A DNA stretch of 52,874 bases, taken from sequence record OQ417976.1, one strand, 5' to 3'. The translations under genes and the position numbers were made by a program. Under the pieces are notes generated by a model. The model did not search any database. It saw only the letters and a program-made list of their open reading frames with translations, and was not told the DNA's origin. Origin of the DNA: Mycobacterium phage prophiT46-1. Positions 35,501 through 45,166 of this stretch are shown piece after piece. The stretch's first letter is position 1. Every line of letters begins with the position of its first letter.

Positions 35501-36239
35501 CGCCGATGCACAGCAGCGCATCAAGGATGCGGACGCGCAGGTCAAGATCGCCGAGGCCCGTAAAAGCGAACTCGATTTCGACGCCTCGGAATCGCAGAAG
35601 CTGTCCGCCGATAACGCGCTGGAAAAGGCGAAGGCCGATGCGGCCAAGGCGCGCCGCGAAGCCCAGGACACACAAGCCGACCTGGCCGAGGCGCAGCGCG
35701 GAAAGTTCACTGCCGCCAAGGAATCCAAGAAAGGCAAGGGCGGCGACGACCTGTCCGACATCGGCAAGATCATCGGCGGCGGTTTCGCCGAAACATTCGG
35801 CCTGGACGGTTCGGTGTTCCCGAACATTGAAGAGTTGGGCATCGTCAAGTTGGCCAAGGCCATCTTGGGTATCAAGTACACCCCGCAGGGCACCGGGTTC
35901 GCAGGCGGGCTCCTTGCCGGTGGTGGTGGCGGGGGTGGCCTGGGCGGTCCCAGTGGTGCGTTCGGTGGCGCGGCCTTCGACGGGGGCGGGGCCACATCTG
36001 GTTTGCCGTTCGGGATGGTGCCCGAAGTGTCGTCGATGCTGCCGTCGCTCAGTGGCGTGTCGGCGCATCCGGGGTCGGGGATGCCTCCGGGTGTCGGCAA
36101 CGGGCCCGTCGATCAGTCGCTGAACGTCACGATCAATAACCCGCAGGGCGACGAGCGGTCGATCGCCGACCGCACCCGCCGTGTCCTGCTGAACACACCG
36201 CGGCAGATGACCCACGAACCCATCGGCGGTGGCCCGTAA
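32523..36239 (+). CDS. Tape measure protein
   Basis: 1238 aa in the canonical position. It is Ala/Gly-rich and helical, with an embedded NlpC/P60-like Cys...His motif. Confidence 0.9.
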   Translation: MAQGMDFGYYTLPVIPSFVDIESKSQTALNRSVGALGTKVGKTFGKNLADGVVSAEAQLTRAYDNVIKIQDKAADATGKLATAEAKLQRLQKIGASNDRIVAATEARNKARRDEIRAVKEATAAQDDYERSLKRHNSGADALDNLGLSYEGLAGKASLAAAALGTAVGAGMAAAAAGAIKLGRELYDLGAQFDETFDQLQITTGASGGALDALEVSVKNLGRSVPLPFAELGKVVGEVNRDLHLTGPTLDAVSKSVANLGRLTGEAVDVRGLGRAFRSFGVEGKDQVATLDSLFGAWQRTGIPINELLSTVTKGGPQLRQFGFTFGQSAALIGMLDERGLDADKAVMALTKSLGTLAKTQGVTGPDALRQTVSQIKALTDAGRDAEALNLTNKIFGAKGGVQFFDAIKSGALDLQTLQSALDSTGTSINDTASDTDDFEQKWQIFKNNTAAALEPLASSLFAFVNDGLGSLAVWVQAHQPEVIGFFSTATQGVILFGETILRMASDALDALSLLVGGLGNTVGFTLKAASAFASLTGDKVGAQRMHDLSEDAFSWGENMRGLADKLDGTADGLFNLRKRIQATGEEMATAARFTSALGEATASIPDGKTIQISENTPEVRRKLADIGVQVETLPDGTVTVTANTDQGKKVLESWRKSIERDKPAEVSITADTSEAEHKWALFRDMLQNPGPTPVTGPFVGGNANVSAPWIPFLPPPRARGGIFDVWDSVASFALGGTLPKRALIQPPVSGAGLVQWAEPSTRGEAFIPLGGGQRSIDIWMETGRRLGAIRGFETGGFRGPDVIAALSLTGTPYSQGSRNDCSGMAARVINRAMGLPDDSLMTTKNAEQWLSARGFRRGMGGPGTITVGWYDHGPNPNDGHMALTLSDGTPAESGGSHGDFRVGAGAAGADSPQFDQHMYLPNLYGEGVGGSGGLGGGSLLFGGGGGAGGGRGGGSVFGAGYQTGRGTPGYDEDGRPGYYAPDPKQVREAEERAADAQQRIKDADAQVKIAEARKSELDFDASESQKLSADNALEKAKADAAKARREAQDTQADLAEAQRGKFTAAKESKKGKGGDDLSDIGKIIGGGFAETFGLDGSVFPNIEELGIVKLAKAILGIKYTPQGTGFAGGLLAGGGGGGGLGGPSGAFGGAAFDGGGATSGLPFGMVPEVSSMLPSLSGVSAHPGSGMPPGVGNGPVDQSLNVTINNPQGDERSIADRTRRVLLNTPRQMTHEPIGGGP

Positions 36240-37345
36240 TGACGAGCGCACAACTGACCGGGCCACGCCGTAACGTGCCCTGGTCGCAGCTGTCCGAAGC
36301 CGCGCGCGGCGAAGCGGTCTCGTGCGCATGGATCGGCTCGGACGGCCAGTATTGGCCCCTCACTGGGCAACTCGCCGGCAGCGAGGGCGCATTCATCACC
36401 GGCCCCATCGACGGCATGGTGCACGTCCCGTTCGAAGGGATATGGACCACCCCCGCCTACGGCCCGCCGCGCTTCGAACGCACCGTCGACGGCCGACGCG
36501 AAATCTCGTTCACGTTGGGCCTGATGTCCGATTCGTCGCTGGGCTGGTACGACACCGAGGCCCGGTTCTGGCGCGGCTGCCGCAAGGACGCGACCGGATA
36601 CTTCACGGTCACCACACGCCGGCACGGCCAGCTGTGGATTCCGATGCAGCTGTTGGAGGCGCCCAAATGCGCGCTCCCGGATGATCCGGCGCTGCAACGC
36701 GTCGCGCTACACGAAATCATCTTGGCCGCGGACGGTGAACCGCGCTGGCACCGTCCGGACACCTCGCCGCCGCCGTTCGTGCGCCCACCCGGTGGGCCGA
36801 GCCTGGGATTCATCCGGATCGCGAACCGCTCCACCGAGCCGGCGTGGCCCATTTTCTTTGTGCAGGCATCCAAGACGGCGCCGTCGAAGGTGCGTCTTGG
36901 TGATGGTCCGAACGCGATCGTGTCGGGCGAAGAGAACCCGTTCGATGACTGGCCGAAGCTCTCGCGGCTGTTCGGGATCCCGTTCGTCGACGAATTGCTG
37001 GGCACGTTCACCCGCACCCGTGACGCGAACATGATCGATGTGCCGGAACTCAATCCCGGCGAGCACTGCATTATCGACACCGATCCCGCGCACCGGATCG
37101 CGATCACAGCCCAGGATCCGCCCGACAACCTGCTCAAGAAATTCATCCGCAATAGCGAGCTTCTGAACTGGATTTTGGGGGAGTACGGCGACACCGGGTT
37201 GCCGCTGCTGCAGCGGTTCCGGGGCCAAGGGTTCTCGATTCCGATCCCGCCGCGCACGGTCGCGACGATCCCGGTCTCACATAACCAGCCCGGCGGCAAG
37301 ATCTGGTGCCAGCTGCCGCAACGCTTCGAAAGCGCTCTGGCATGA
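36239..37345 (+). CDS. Minor tail protein (distal tail protein-like)
   Basis: 368 aa immediately after the tape measure gene, with ATGA coupling. Confidence 0.65.
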   Translation: MTSAQLTGPRRNVPWSQLSEAARGEAVSCAWIGSDGQYWPLTGQLAGSEGAFITGPIDGMVHVPFEGIWTTPAYGPPRFERTVDGRREISFTLGLMSDSSLGWYDTEARFWRGCRKDATGYFTVTTRRHGQLWIPMQLLEAPKCALPDDPALQRVALHEIILAADGEPRWHRPDTSPPPFVRPPGGPSLGFIRIANRSTEPAWPIFFVQASKTAPSKVRLGDGPNAIVSGEENPFDDWPKLSRLFGIPFVDELLGTFTRTRDANMIDVPELNPGEHCIIDTDPAHRIAITAQDPPDNLLKKFIRNSELLNWILGEYGDTGLPLLQRFRGQGFSIPIPPRTVATIPVSHNQPGGKIWCQLPQRFESALA

Positions 37346-39060
37346 CCGCGCCCACACTCACCCTGGACCCCAAGACACTCGCCGGTGAGTTCACCCCTGA
37401 GATGCGGATGCATCTGCTGGAGCGCCGCTGGGCGTACATGAACCGGCGCACCAAAGCCCCGCTGGTTCGACTGTGGGACAAAGAGTTCCGGTATATCGCG
37501 CGCGTCGAAAACCTTGATAAGTGGGATTGGGAAGAGCTGGCCACCGAGGACGGCGAAGCCAACATCACGTTTTCCGGCAAGGCCAACGACTGGCTACGGG
37601 AAATCATCACCTACCAGATCGGCGACGACGAAGACGTTCACATCACGATCGACCCCGACCCGGACAAGCCGCACGATTTCCGGACCCGCTGGGGCGGCAA
37701 GGTCATGGTCATCGAGGACGACGAGGAGGCCGGAAAGGCTGCCGTCACAACGCTTAAGTGCATTTCCAATCGACGCCACCTCAAGGGAATTTACCTGGCG
37801 GCAAACCCCATTTTTCCCATGGAGGTGCAGCTGCCCAAGATGTTCCTGTGGGGTGGCCCCACGGTCACCACCTGCGCAACGGCCATGTTCTTCAACTGCA
37901 TTCGGCTGTTCACGCTCAACGGATTCTTCCCGGTACCGCGCAACATCTTCGCCCCGGAAACATGGCTGCAAAATCTCTCACCGCTCAATTGGCCGGTGCA
38001 GATCATGCCTGTGGCTGGGCTGTTCGACCAATCACGTTGGTGCACAATCGGTTCGCGCTGGAAGGACGCGCACACCGTGTTGTCGCCGGTGATGAAGGAC
38101 GCCGGCGTCATCTGCCGCGCTTACACCTGGCTTCCCGGCGATCCGGCCCCGTACACGATGTTCGGCCCCGAACTGGCCGAAATTCTCAAGCCCACACGCG
38201 CCTGCGTGATCCTGAGTTTCGAAGACAAGTCCGGTGTGACCGGCCCGACGGGCACCATGCTCGACGGCGCGATCAACCTGTTCGCCGCGACCCTCGATGA
38301 CCTGATCACCGAGACGCTGATCCCGATCGACGCCGACCACGACGGCGAGGTCGACCCGTTCTTCCGGAAACTGATGCTGGTTTCCCCGAAGCCGCCGCCG
38401 TTCGTGTACCGGGACGTCGGCTACGGCAACATCCGGCGTCGCAAACTGCGGATCTACAAGAGCCGCGCCACCGACATCATCGTCGGCGGCAAGAGCCCCC
38501 AATGGGTCAACCAGGCAATCACATTCGCGATCCGCTACGGCATATCCCAACTGGCCCAAGTGATCATGGGCGTCGAGGCCGCTGGCGTCGAAGGTTTGGA
38601 CAACCTTTATCAAGGCCAGCTCGACGATGTGTTCCTGGCGTTCATGCGCTACGTCAACCCGCTGCGATCGGCCAAGGCCGGAAGTTACGCGTTCCGTGAG
38701 TATTTCAAGAATCCGGGCGGCAGCGCCTACGTCATCAACGCCATACAAGAGCTAGCCGCCGGCGATTTCGAAATGAAGGCGTACCGGTCGATGAAGTTCG
38801 ACGTCGGTGACGGACAGCCCTACATCCTCGGCGAGGACTTCTGGCTCGGCGACCGCGTCTCGGCGGAAATCCGGGGTGTGGTCTACACCGACCAAATCAT
38901 GGCGATCAAGGGCGAAGGCGACCGCACCACGGCAGGACGGCCCACGGTGTCGTTCGGCGACGACTCCCGCGACGAAGACCCGGTCGCCCGCGGGTTCCGC
39001 ACTATCGGCAACGTCGCGAATTTCGCGGCCCTCCTGGCAGGAAGCGGGGACATGTTCTGA
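37342..39060 (+). CDS. Minor tail protein (tail-associated lysin / baseplate hub-like)
   Basis: 572 aa in the second position after the tape measure gene. The ATG at 37342 is coupled. Confidence 0.65.
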   Translation: MTAPTLTLDPKTLAGEFTPEMRMHLLERRWAYMNRRTKAPLVRLWDKEFRYIARVENLDKWDWEELATEDGEANITFSGKANDWLREIITYQIGDDEDVHITIDPDPDKPHDFRTRWGGKVMVIEDDEEAGKAAVTTLKCISNRRHLKGIYLAANPIFPMEVQLPKMFLWGGPTVTTCATAMFFNCIRLFTLNGFFPVPRNIFAPETWLQNLSPLNWPVQIMPVAGLFDQSRWCTIGSRWKDAHTVLSPVMKDAGVICRAYTWLPGDPAPYTMFGPELAEILKPTRACVILSFEDKSGVTGPTGTMLDGAINLFAATLDDLITETLIPIDADHDGEVDPFFRKLMLVSPKPPPFVYRDVGYGNIRRRKLRIYKSRATDIIVGGKSPQWVNQAITFAIRYGISQLAQVIMGVEAAGVEGLDNLYQGQLDDVFLAFMRYVNPLRSAKAGSYAFREYFKNPGGSAYVINAIQELAAGDFEMKAYRSMKFDVGDGQPYILGEDFWLGDRVSAEIRGVVYTDQIMAIKGEGDRTTAGRPTVSFGDDSRDEDPVARGFRTIGNVANFAALLAGSGDMF

Positions 39061-39614
39061 TGAGCAGACGAAACCAGAAGCAACGCAAGGTATTCCCGAA
39101 ATTTCCGTATGACCGCAAGTTCACGAAATCTGAGCTTGAAGAGATTTTCGCGAAGCAAGACCGGCTGTGCGCGGCGTTCCGCGACGCGGTCGGCCCGAAC
39201 GGATGCGGCCTGGGAATGCCGGAAGACCACCTGCAGCTGTTGATGTTTCACGGCGCGCTGGTCGGCGCGGACGTCGACGAAGACAAGGCGTTCATTCGCG
39301 CGCGGCGGCTGCCGGATGAAACTGGGCGACTGGTCGACGCTGTCGAGTGGGTCGTGAAAAAGGACGACACACCGCGAGACCGCAACAGGGATGCGCGCCG
39401 TGAGGCACGTGCCCGCGCCCGCGAGATTGACGAGCTGGATCCGGAAGTGCGCGACGCGCTGATCGACATGGTCAAACGCAAGGGACAACGCGTCTACGAC
39501 CGTGGCCACGCCGAGGTTCCGGCCGAGGACCGCGACGAGTACTCCGGGCGGCTGGCCGACACCGACGACGAACAACCCGAAGACCTGGGCGACACCAAGG
39601 AGGACATGTCGTGA
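39060..39614 (+). CDS. Hypothetical highly charged protein inserted among minor tail genes
   Basis: 184 aa. The N-terminal coding region has lower G+C than its neighbours. The C-terminus is Arg/Asp/Glu-rich. Confidence 0.5.
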   Translation: MSRRNQKQRKVFPKFPYDRKFTKSELEEIFAKQDRLCAAFRDAVGPNGCGLGMPEDHLQLLMFHGALVGADVDEDKAFIRARRLPDETGRLVDAVEWVVKKDDTPRDRNRDARREARARAREIDELDPEVRDALIDMVKRKGQRVYDRGHAEVPAEDRDEYSGRLADTDDEQPEDLGDTKEDMS

Positions 39615-40717
39615 CGTCTGCACTCATCCCCACCGAGCCAATCTTTCTGGGCGAAAGAGTAATCCGCACCCTGTTCTATGCGGCGCCCCGCAATCCCGGC
39701 GACCCGCAAACGATCATCGGCACCTTCACGCTGATGCCCGGCGAAGACAACATCGTCTTGGACGCCATCAAGGGCGAGAAGGGTGACCGCGGCGACATGT
39801 CGCCGTTCTGGCGTCCGCAGTGGGGTTCGACCATCAACTTGCCCGTGGATCTGCCCGACGACCTCGGCGACGCCGACGCCGGAATGGCCTGGTACATCGC
39901 CGGTTACTGGCATGTCTGGGACGGCAACGGCTGGCGAATCATCTTGGGCGCGATCCCCGGACCGCCCGGACCCACCCCGAACCTGCACATGACTGCACGC
40001 GGTGTGGCGCCGCCCTCTGGCGGCATCACCTACCCGCTGAACCTGAACGTCACACCCGGTGGTACCACGCTGGAGCCGACGTTCGCGATCGACATCCCGC
40101 TCATTCCCGGACCCAAGGGCGACAACGCGAAAATCCTCGAGGCCGATGATTTCGTCGGGCCGATCGAGGACGGTCAATCTCTGATCTACGACTCGACCCT
40201 GGCCGGCGGCGCGGGCGGTATCCGCGGCGGCAGCCCGGTCGGCACCGTCAAGAAACTCAGCATTCCCGAGCAGTCGTTTACCGGCGGCACCTACGGATCG
40301 ACCTGGAATATCGTTGCCACGCTCATCGTTCCGGGGCAGCCGCTGCCGTACTATCCCGCGTTCGACGGGCATCTGCGGTGGAAACGAAGCGGCCTGTTCA
40401 ACAACGCGCAGATCGAAGTTCAGGTGCGGGCCCTGCCGCAAGGCTCTACCAGCGCACCGGAAACCGGAACCCTGTGCGCTCGCGCCTTGTACGACCCGAG
40501 CACCCTGGACGCCGAAACCATCGCGCACGTGCGTGAACAGTGGTCAGACACCGGCTATCCGGCGCGCGCGATCGGCCCCGACTCCGGTGAAGGCCGCATC
40601 CCCGCCAACACGTCCATGGTCTATTACGTGCTGCTGTACCGGATTGGCGGTAGCGGGTCGGTGGTGTTCTCCACTCCTGGCGCCCACATGTCGATGAGCA
40701 TGTTCCCGGTGAGCTGA
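39611..40717 (+). CDS. Minor tail protein with collagen-like Gly-X-Y repeats
   Basis: GEKGDRGDM, GPPGPTPN and GPKGDN triplet repeats. Confidence 0.6.
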   Translation: MTSALIPTEPIFLGERVIRTLFYAAPRNPGDPQTIIGTFTLMPGEDNIVLDAIKGEKGDRGDMSPFWRPQWGSTINLPVDLPDDLGDADAGMAWYIAGYWHVWDGNGWRIILGAIPGPPGPTPNLHMTARGVAPPSGGITYPLNLNVTPGGTTLEPTFAIDIPLIPGPKGDNAKILEADDFVGPIEDGQSLIYDSTLAGGAGGIRGGSPVGTVKKLSIPEQSFTGGTYGSTWNIVATLIVPGQPLPYYPAFDGHLRWKRSGLFNNAQIEVQVRALPQGSTSAPETGTLCARALYDPSTLDAETIAHVREQWSDTGYPARAIGPDSGEGRIPANTSMVYYVLLYRIGGSGSVVFSTPGAHMSMSMFPVS

Positions 40718-42843
40718 TGCCACGCAGCGTCGATAAGTTCCCAGAGAAGCGGGGTGCTGGTGCCACCTCGCTACACAATCCGCTGCGTTCGCAGCTGGAT
40801 TATGAATCGGCGCTTGCTGATACCGCCAGACAGGCCGGCGACAAGATCCGTGGCGCCATCTCGGGGGCGCTGGATGACATCGTCGATGTCATCCACGAAT
40901 TCACCGGTCTAGATCTTGACGAACTGAAAAGCGCGCTCGATGGGATCGACCTTGGCAATCCCGGCGCGATCCTGGCCAAGATCGTTGAGTTGGCCGGTAA
41001 TGCGCTCGGGTTCAATGGACTGCTGCCGTCGTCGTGGATCGCCGATGTCGTTGAGGACTTGACGCGCGGGGCCGGGGAATTCCTGACCGCGGACAGTGTC
41101 GCTGGGAACCCCTTCATGCAGTGGGATCCGGGCGCCGCTGGCTGGGAATCCGGCGGTGCCGGCAAGATGACAGCCAACGGCACACAGCAGTCGGTGCGTG
41201 GCGAAATCTTCGACGTCGTACCCGGTAACGTCGTTAAACTGCCCGCAGGCACACGCTGGTCGGGCCTCACCGCCGCACCGGGTTCGAATCCGATCAAGGT
41301 CGGGTTCGCGGTGTGGGACGCGGCCGGCAACGTGCTGCCAGATGTGATCCGAGGACAGATTCAGCCGTCGACACCGTCCTCGTCATGGCAAGGGATCCCC
41401 ACCACGGATTGGATCGTGCCGACTGGGGTAGCACGGGCCGCGGCGCTGATCGAGCTTGATTCGGGCGCCCTGTCCGGGGACGTGTGGTTCTCGAATGTGA
41501 CCCCGCACAAGACGAACAAGATCCCACCGGACTTACTGAAAAGCCTGGTCGAGGGCGGGCAGGACTTCGCCGAGGATGTACAGAAGACCTGGGATGCGTT
41601 CTGGAACGGGGTTTTTGGTGCCAACGCCACCGGCAAGACCCCCGATGATGTCAAGACCGCGTCGGCACATGTCACCGCGGTCGCCAGCGACGCGAACGCC
41701 GCGGCGCAGTTCGCCTCGTCGATGGTAATCCGGCCGCGTCGCAGCCCGAGGTGGGTTTCCACTGGAACCCACGACGACGTGTCGTTCGCGATTGCCATGG
41801 CGCAAACGATGTTCACCCCGGCCTTGGGGGACATCACCTACATTCCGATCACCCCGGACACCGACCGGGTCTACAAGGCCCTCAAGTTCGGGCTGGTCGG
41901 CAACGCCATGACCAACCTCTATGTCGGGGTGTACAAGATCGAGTACGACGGAACACTGACCCGCACAGTCGATCTCGGCGATAAGAAATCAGCACTGACC
42001 GCCTCGAAAGTGCAGACGTTCGCCATTCCCGGCGGTGTGTCGGTCGGGCGCGGTGAAACGGTGTTCATCGCCGTACGCCAGGTTGGCGGCACCGCTGGGC
42101 AGATGTTCACCACGCCCTCGCTGCTGCAAGTGACCGAGGTGGTGCAGCCGGTCCCGACCTACATCACCGAGAAGAACAACACGGGCACGGGGCTTCCGGC
42201 CACCATCTCGGGGGCGATCGTGCGGTCGGAGTCCGCGCCTGCCTGGGGTGCACTCGGAGAGACCTTGGAGGATTCGCCGTGGACTGACTACACCGCGCCG
42301 GGCTGGTACACCTACCTGTTCGGCGCCGAGTCACGGTACGTCTACATCGCGGGATCGAGCGCCGGTGGCGGCGGCGGTGGCGGCGACGGCGGCTGGGACA
42401 AGCCAGGCGAAGGCGGGCGCCGGGGCACCTGGTCGGCGCTGAGTCTGGAGCGCGGTGTCGGGATTCCCTGGGACGTGCCTGGTTTGGATGTGTACGTTCC
42501 GGCGCCGGGTGCGGGATCGCCGAGCCGGGAAACCAACGGCAGCCCCGGTGAGGCGTTGATTGTGCGGCTGTCGACCGCGCCGGGCACGGTGCTGTTGAAC
42601 ATTCCGGGCGGCAACGGCGGGCGCCTGGCCTATGGCGGGTTCTTCAACCGCGATCCCGTTGGCGAGGCGCAGACCAATTACCCGTTCTTCGGGCGTCTAT
42701 TCGTCGGCGGCTTGGCGGCACCGAAAGACGCCAACGGCAACAGCCCCGGTGGCGGTGGTGGTGGCGGTGACGGCGGTGTCGGCGGCAATGCGCGGGCGGG
42801 CCGTCCGGGCGGGGCTGGTTTCTGCGCGATAAGGACGGCGTGA
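40717..42843 (+). CDS. Minor tail protein, glycine-rich
   Basis: 708 aa with C-terminal poly-Gly tracts (GGGGGGGDGGW, GGGGGGDGGVGG). Confidence 0.6.
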   Translation: MPRSVDKFPEKRGAGATSLHNPLRSQLDYESALADTARQAGDKIRGAISGALDDIVDVIHEFTGLDLDELKSALDGIDLGNPGAILAKIVELAGNALGFNGLLPSSWIADVVEDLTRGAGEFLTADSVAGNPFMQWDPGAAGWESGGAGKMTANGTQQSVRGEIFDVVPGNVVKLPAGTRWSGLTAAPGSNPIKVGFAVWDAAGNVLPDVIRGQIQPSTPSSSWQGIPTTDWIVPTGVARAAALIELDSGALSGDVWFSNVTPHKTNKIPPDLLKSLVEGGQDFAEDVQKTWDAFWNGVFGANATGKTPDDVKTASAHVTAVASDANAAAQFASSMVIRPRRSPRWVSTGTHDDVSFAIAMAQTMFTPALGDITYIPITPDTDRVYKALKFGLVGNAMTNLYVGVYKIEYDGTLTRTVDLGDKKSALTASKVQTFAIPGGVSVGRGETVFIAVRQVGGTAGQMFTTPSLLQVTEVVQPVPTYITEKNNTGTGLPATISGAIVRSESAPAWGALGETLEDSPWTDYTAPGWYTYLFGAESRYVYIAGSSAGGGGGGGDGGWDKPGEGGRRGTWSALSLERGVGIPWDVPGLDVYVPAPGAGSPSRETNGSPGEALIVRLSTAPGTVLLNIPGGNGGRLAYGGFFNRDPVGEAQTNYPFFGRLFVGGLAAPKDANGNSPGGGGGGGDGGVGGNARAGRPGGAGFCAIRTA

Positions 42844-44579
42844 TGACCACAACGAGTGCGCGTACCGGCGGCAAATGGTATGGCCGATTCCGCATCACGC
42901 CCACCAGTGTTCCGTCGCGGGTGGCGGTCGGTACCCCGACGATCACAACAGGGCCACTGACGATCCGACCTACGAGCGTTGCCTCGCGGGTGGCGGTGGG
43001 AACCCCGACTATTACCTGGCCGCAAGACATCCGGCCCACGAGCGTTCCGTCACGCGTCGCGGTCGGTACCCCGAGCTTGATCGCGGTCGTCGCCCCGGCC
43101 AGCGTCCCGTCGCGGGCCGCGGTGGGCACCCCAACTGTCACCGTCGGGCCGGTCACGATCAGTCCGACCGCCGTGCCCTCGCGGGTGGCGGTCGGTACCC
43201 CGAGCCTGGCGCAGGTCATCAAGCCTGCCGCCGTGCCCTCGCGCGTCGCGGTGGGTACCCCGAGCGTTGCGTACGTCGTCAAGCCGACCGCCGTCCCGTC
43301 ACGTGCCGCTGTCGGAACCCCGACCCTGACACCAGGCCCGGTCACGATTGCACCCACGAGTGTTGCCTCGCGGGTGGCGGTCGGTACCCCGACGATCACT
43401 CAGCCCGCCTCGGTGAACTACAACACCCAAGGCGTGGGCACCGAGACAACCAGCTCGCCGACAACGTGCACCATTTCACCGAACGCTGGTGATGACGTGC
43501 TGGTTTTCTACTCGCTGGGCTCCGGGGCGGTCTCGTCGGCGACCTACGGGGCGAGCAACCTGCCGATGATCTGCGCCGGGCAAGCACTGTCCAACGGTGT
43601 GTTGATCGCGGCCTACCTCATCAGGAACGTCGCATCCGGCAGCGCCACGATCAACGTCAACAAGACCGGTTCGAGCTGGGGACAGGCCGTGGCCGTGTCC
43701 TACGCCGGCGCGCAGGGATTCCGGCCCGCGAAATCCGCTGTCGGCAACGGAACATCGTTCTCCCTGCCCGTCACCGTGCCGCTCAACGGGCGCACCGTGC
43801 ACGCGTTCACCCCCGGACAGAACAGCACCACCTTGTCGGCGCTGTCCGGCGGCACCAGCCGCTACCTCGACAACGTGGGGTTCTTGACCCAATCGGTACG
43901 CGACGCCGACGCGGCCACAACATTCGGCGGCACGCTCAGCGCGACCCGCGACTGGGCCGCACTCGGCGTCCCCCTGTGCGCGGTAGCACCCACCGGGCCT
44001 ATCCCGAAGTACAGCACTGGCACGGACGCCGACGGCATCAACGGCACCAAGACATTCGACGTCTACACCGCAGTCGGCGATTACGTCTACGCGATCGTCG
44101 GACAAACCGGGCCGGGCGATCCCTCTGCGGTCACCTGCGCCGGTACCGCGATGACGTTGATGGACACCCTGACCTGGAACGCCGGATCGGCCACGGGATT
44201 CATCAAGATCTACCGCAGCGCCGCAGCGATGGTTTCGGCGGGCGCCAAGACCGTATCTGTCACAGCCACCGGCGGCAACTGGTGGCGTGCCTTCGGATTG
44301 GCCGTATCCGGGGTCACCAGCCCGTCAGGCACGGTGACCAAGACCTCGGCGACCTCATCGCAACCCACACAGTCCATCACCTGTGCAGCCGATCAACTGA
44401 TCCTGCAGATATTCATCACCAGCGCAGCGGCGACCGGGACAGCGGGCGGAGCGGCTTTGTGGCTGACGCCCGCTGCCGGCCAGGTCTTCATGACCGTCAA
44501 TGTTGCCGACGAGTCCACAACTTTCACTATCGCCAACACCTCCGTGAACTGGGGCGCGGCAGCCGTCGTGCTCAGTTGA
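42840..44579 (+). CDS. Minor tail protein with N-terminal tandem peptide repeats (candidate fibre/receptor-binding protein)
   Basis: About ten imperfect repeats of P[TA][SA]VPSR[VA]AVGTP[TS][IVL]. The C-terminal region is beta-rich. Confidence 0.6.
   Translation: MMTTTSARTGGKWYGRFRITPTSVPSRVAVGTPTITTGPLTIRPTSVASRVAVGTPTITWPQDIRPTSVPSRVAVGTPSLIAVVAPASVPSRAAVGTPTVTVGPVTISPTAVPSRVAVGTPSLAQVIKPAAVPSRVAVGTPSVAYVVKPTAVPSRAAVGTPTLTPGPVTIAPTSVASRVAVGTPTITQPASVNYNTQGVGTETTSSPTTCTISPNAGDDVLVFYSLGSGAVSSATYGASNLPMICAGQALSNGVLIAAYLIRNVASGSATINVNKTGSSWGQAVAVSYAGAQGFRPAKSAVGNGTSFSLPVTVPLNGRTVHAFTPGQNSTTLSALSGGTSRYLDNVGFLTQSVRDADAATTFGGTLSATRDWAALGVPLCAVAPTGPIPKYSTGTDADGINGTKTFDVYTAVGDYVYAIVGQTGPGDPSAVTCAGTAMTLMDTLTWNAGSATGFIKIYRSAAAMVSAGAKTVSVTATGGNWWRAFGLAVSGVTSPSGTVTKTSATSSQPTQSITCAADQLILQIFITSAAATGTAGGAALWLTPAAGQVFMTVNVADESTTFTIANTSVNWGAAAVVLS
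42891..43400 (+). repeat. In-frame imperfect tandem DNA repeats (about 60-69-nt units, about 10 copies) inside the minor tail gene
   Basis: Repeated ...CCGTCGCGGGTGGCGGTCGGTACCCCGAC... units encode the VPSRVAVGTP motif. Confidence 0.6.
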
Positions 44580-44606
44580 CACAACCAGAAAGAGAGAAGA
44601 ATCCAA

Positions 44607-45014
44607 ATGGCAAACATCATGTACGACAAGGCATATGAGGCATTCGGCAACGCCCAAATCAACTGGCCTGCCGACACCATCAAGGCCGTCCTTGTCGACA
44701 CCGGCACCTACACCCTGAACGCGGCCACCCACGAATTCCTGTCGGACATCCCCAGCGGTGCCCGTATCGTCACCTCGGCCGCGCTCACGGGCAAGACGAA
44801 CGTCCTCGGCGTGCTCGACGCCGCCGATGCTTCCTGGCCCGCTGTCACCGGGCTCAGCGGCGAAGCGGTCGTAATCTTCAAAGACACCGGCACGGCAGGA
44901 ACCTCCCGGCTGATCTACTACCTAGACACCGCCTCAGGGCTGCCCGTAACCCCCAACGGCGGCGACATCAACATCGCCTGGGACAACGGCGCCAACAAGA
45001 TTGGCCGGCTCTGA
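44607..45014 (+). CDS. Hypothetical protein (possible minor tail/virion protein)
   Basis: The RBS AGAAAGAGAGAAG is followed by the ATG. 135 aa. Confidence 0.5.
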   Translation: MANIMYDKAYEAFGNAQINWPADTIKAVLVDTGTYTLNAATHEFLSDIPSGARIVTSAALTGKTNVLGVLDAADASWPAVTGLSGEAVVIFKDTGTAGTSRLIYYLDTASGLPVTPNGGDINIAWDNGANKIGRL

Positions 45015-45166
45015 TGTCCCCGACAGTGGTCAAGGCCGCCGCCTTGTGCCTGGCCTTCGCCGGGGCCACCGGAGTTGCGACATTCGTTGTCGTAACCCGC
45101 TTTGCGCCCGGCGAGCGCCCCCGCGATCCGCGAATCACCGCGGCACGAGGCCGGTTCGGCTGGTGA
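45014..45166 (+). CDS. Small membrane protein (50 aa, one TM helix), not in the ORF track
   Basis: The ATG overlaps the upstream TGA. MSPTVVKAAALCLAFAGATGVATFVVVTRFAPGERPRDPRITAARGRFGW. Confidence 0.35.
   Translation: MSPTVVKAAALCLAFAGATGVATFVVVTRFAPGERPRDPRITAARGRFGW

Noticed and set aside
42891-43400. Tandem repeats considered as a possible CRISPR array
   Set aside because: The repeats are imperfect and in frame. They are contiguous without unique spacers of regular size and lie inside a minor tail gene. No cas genes are present.
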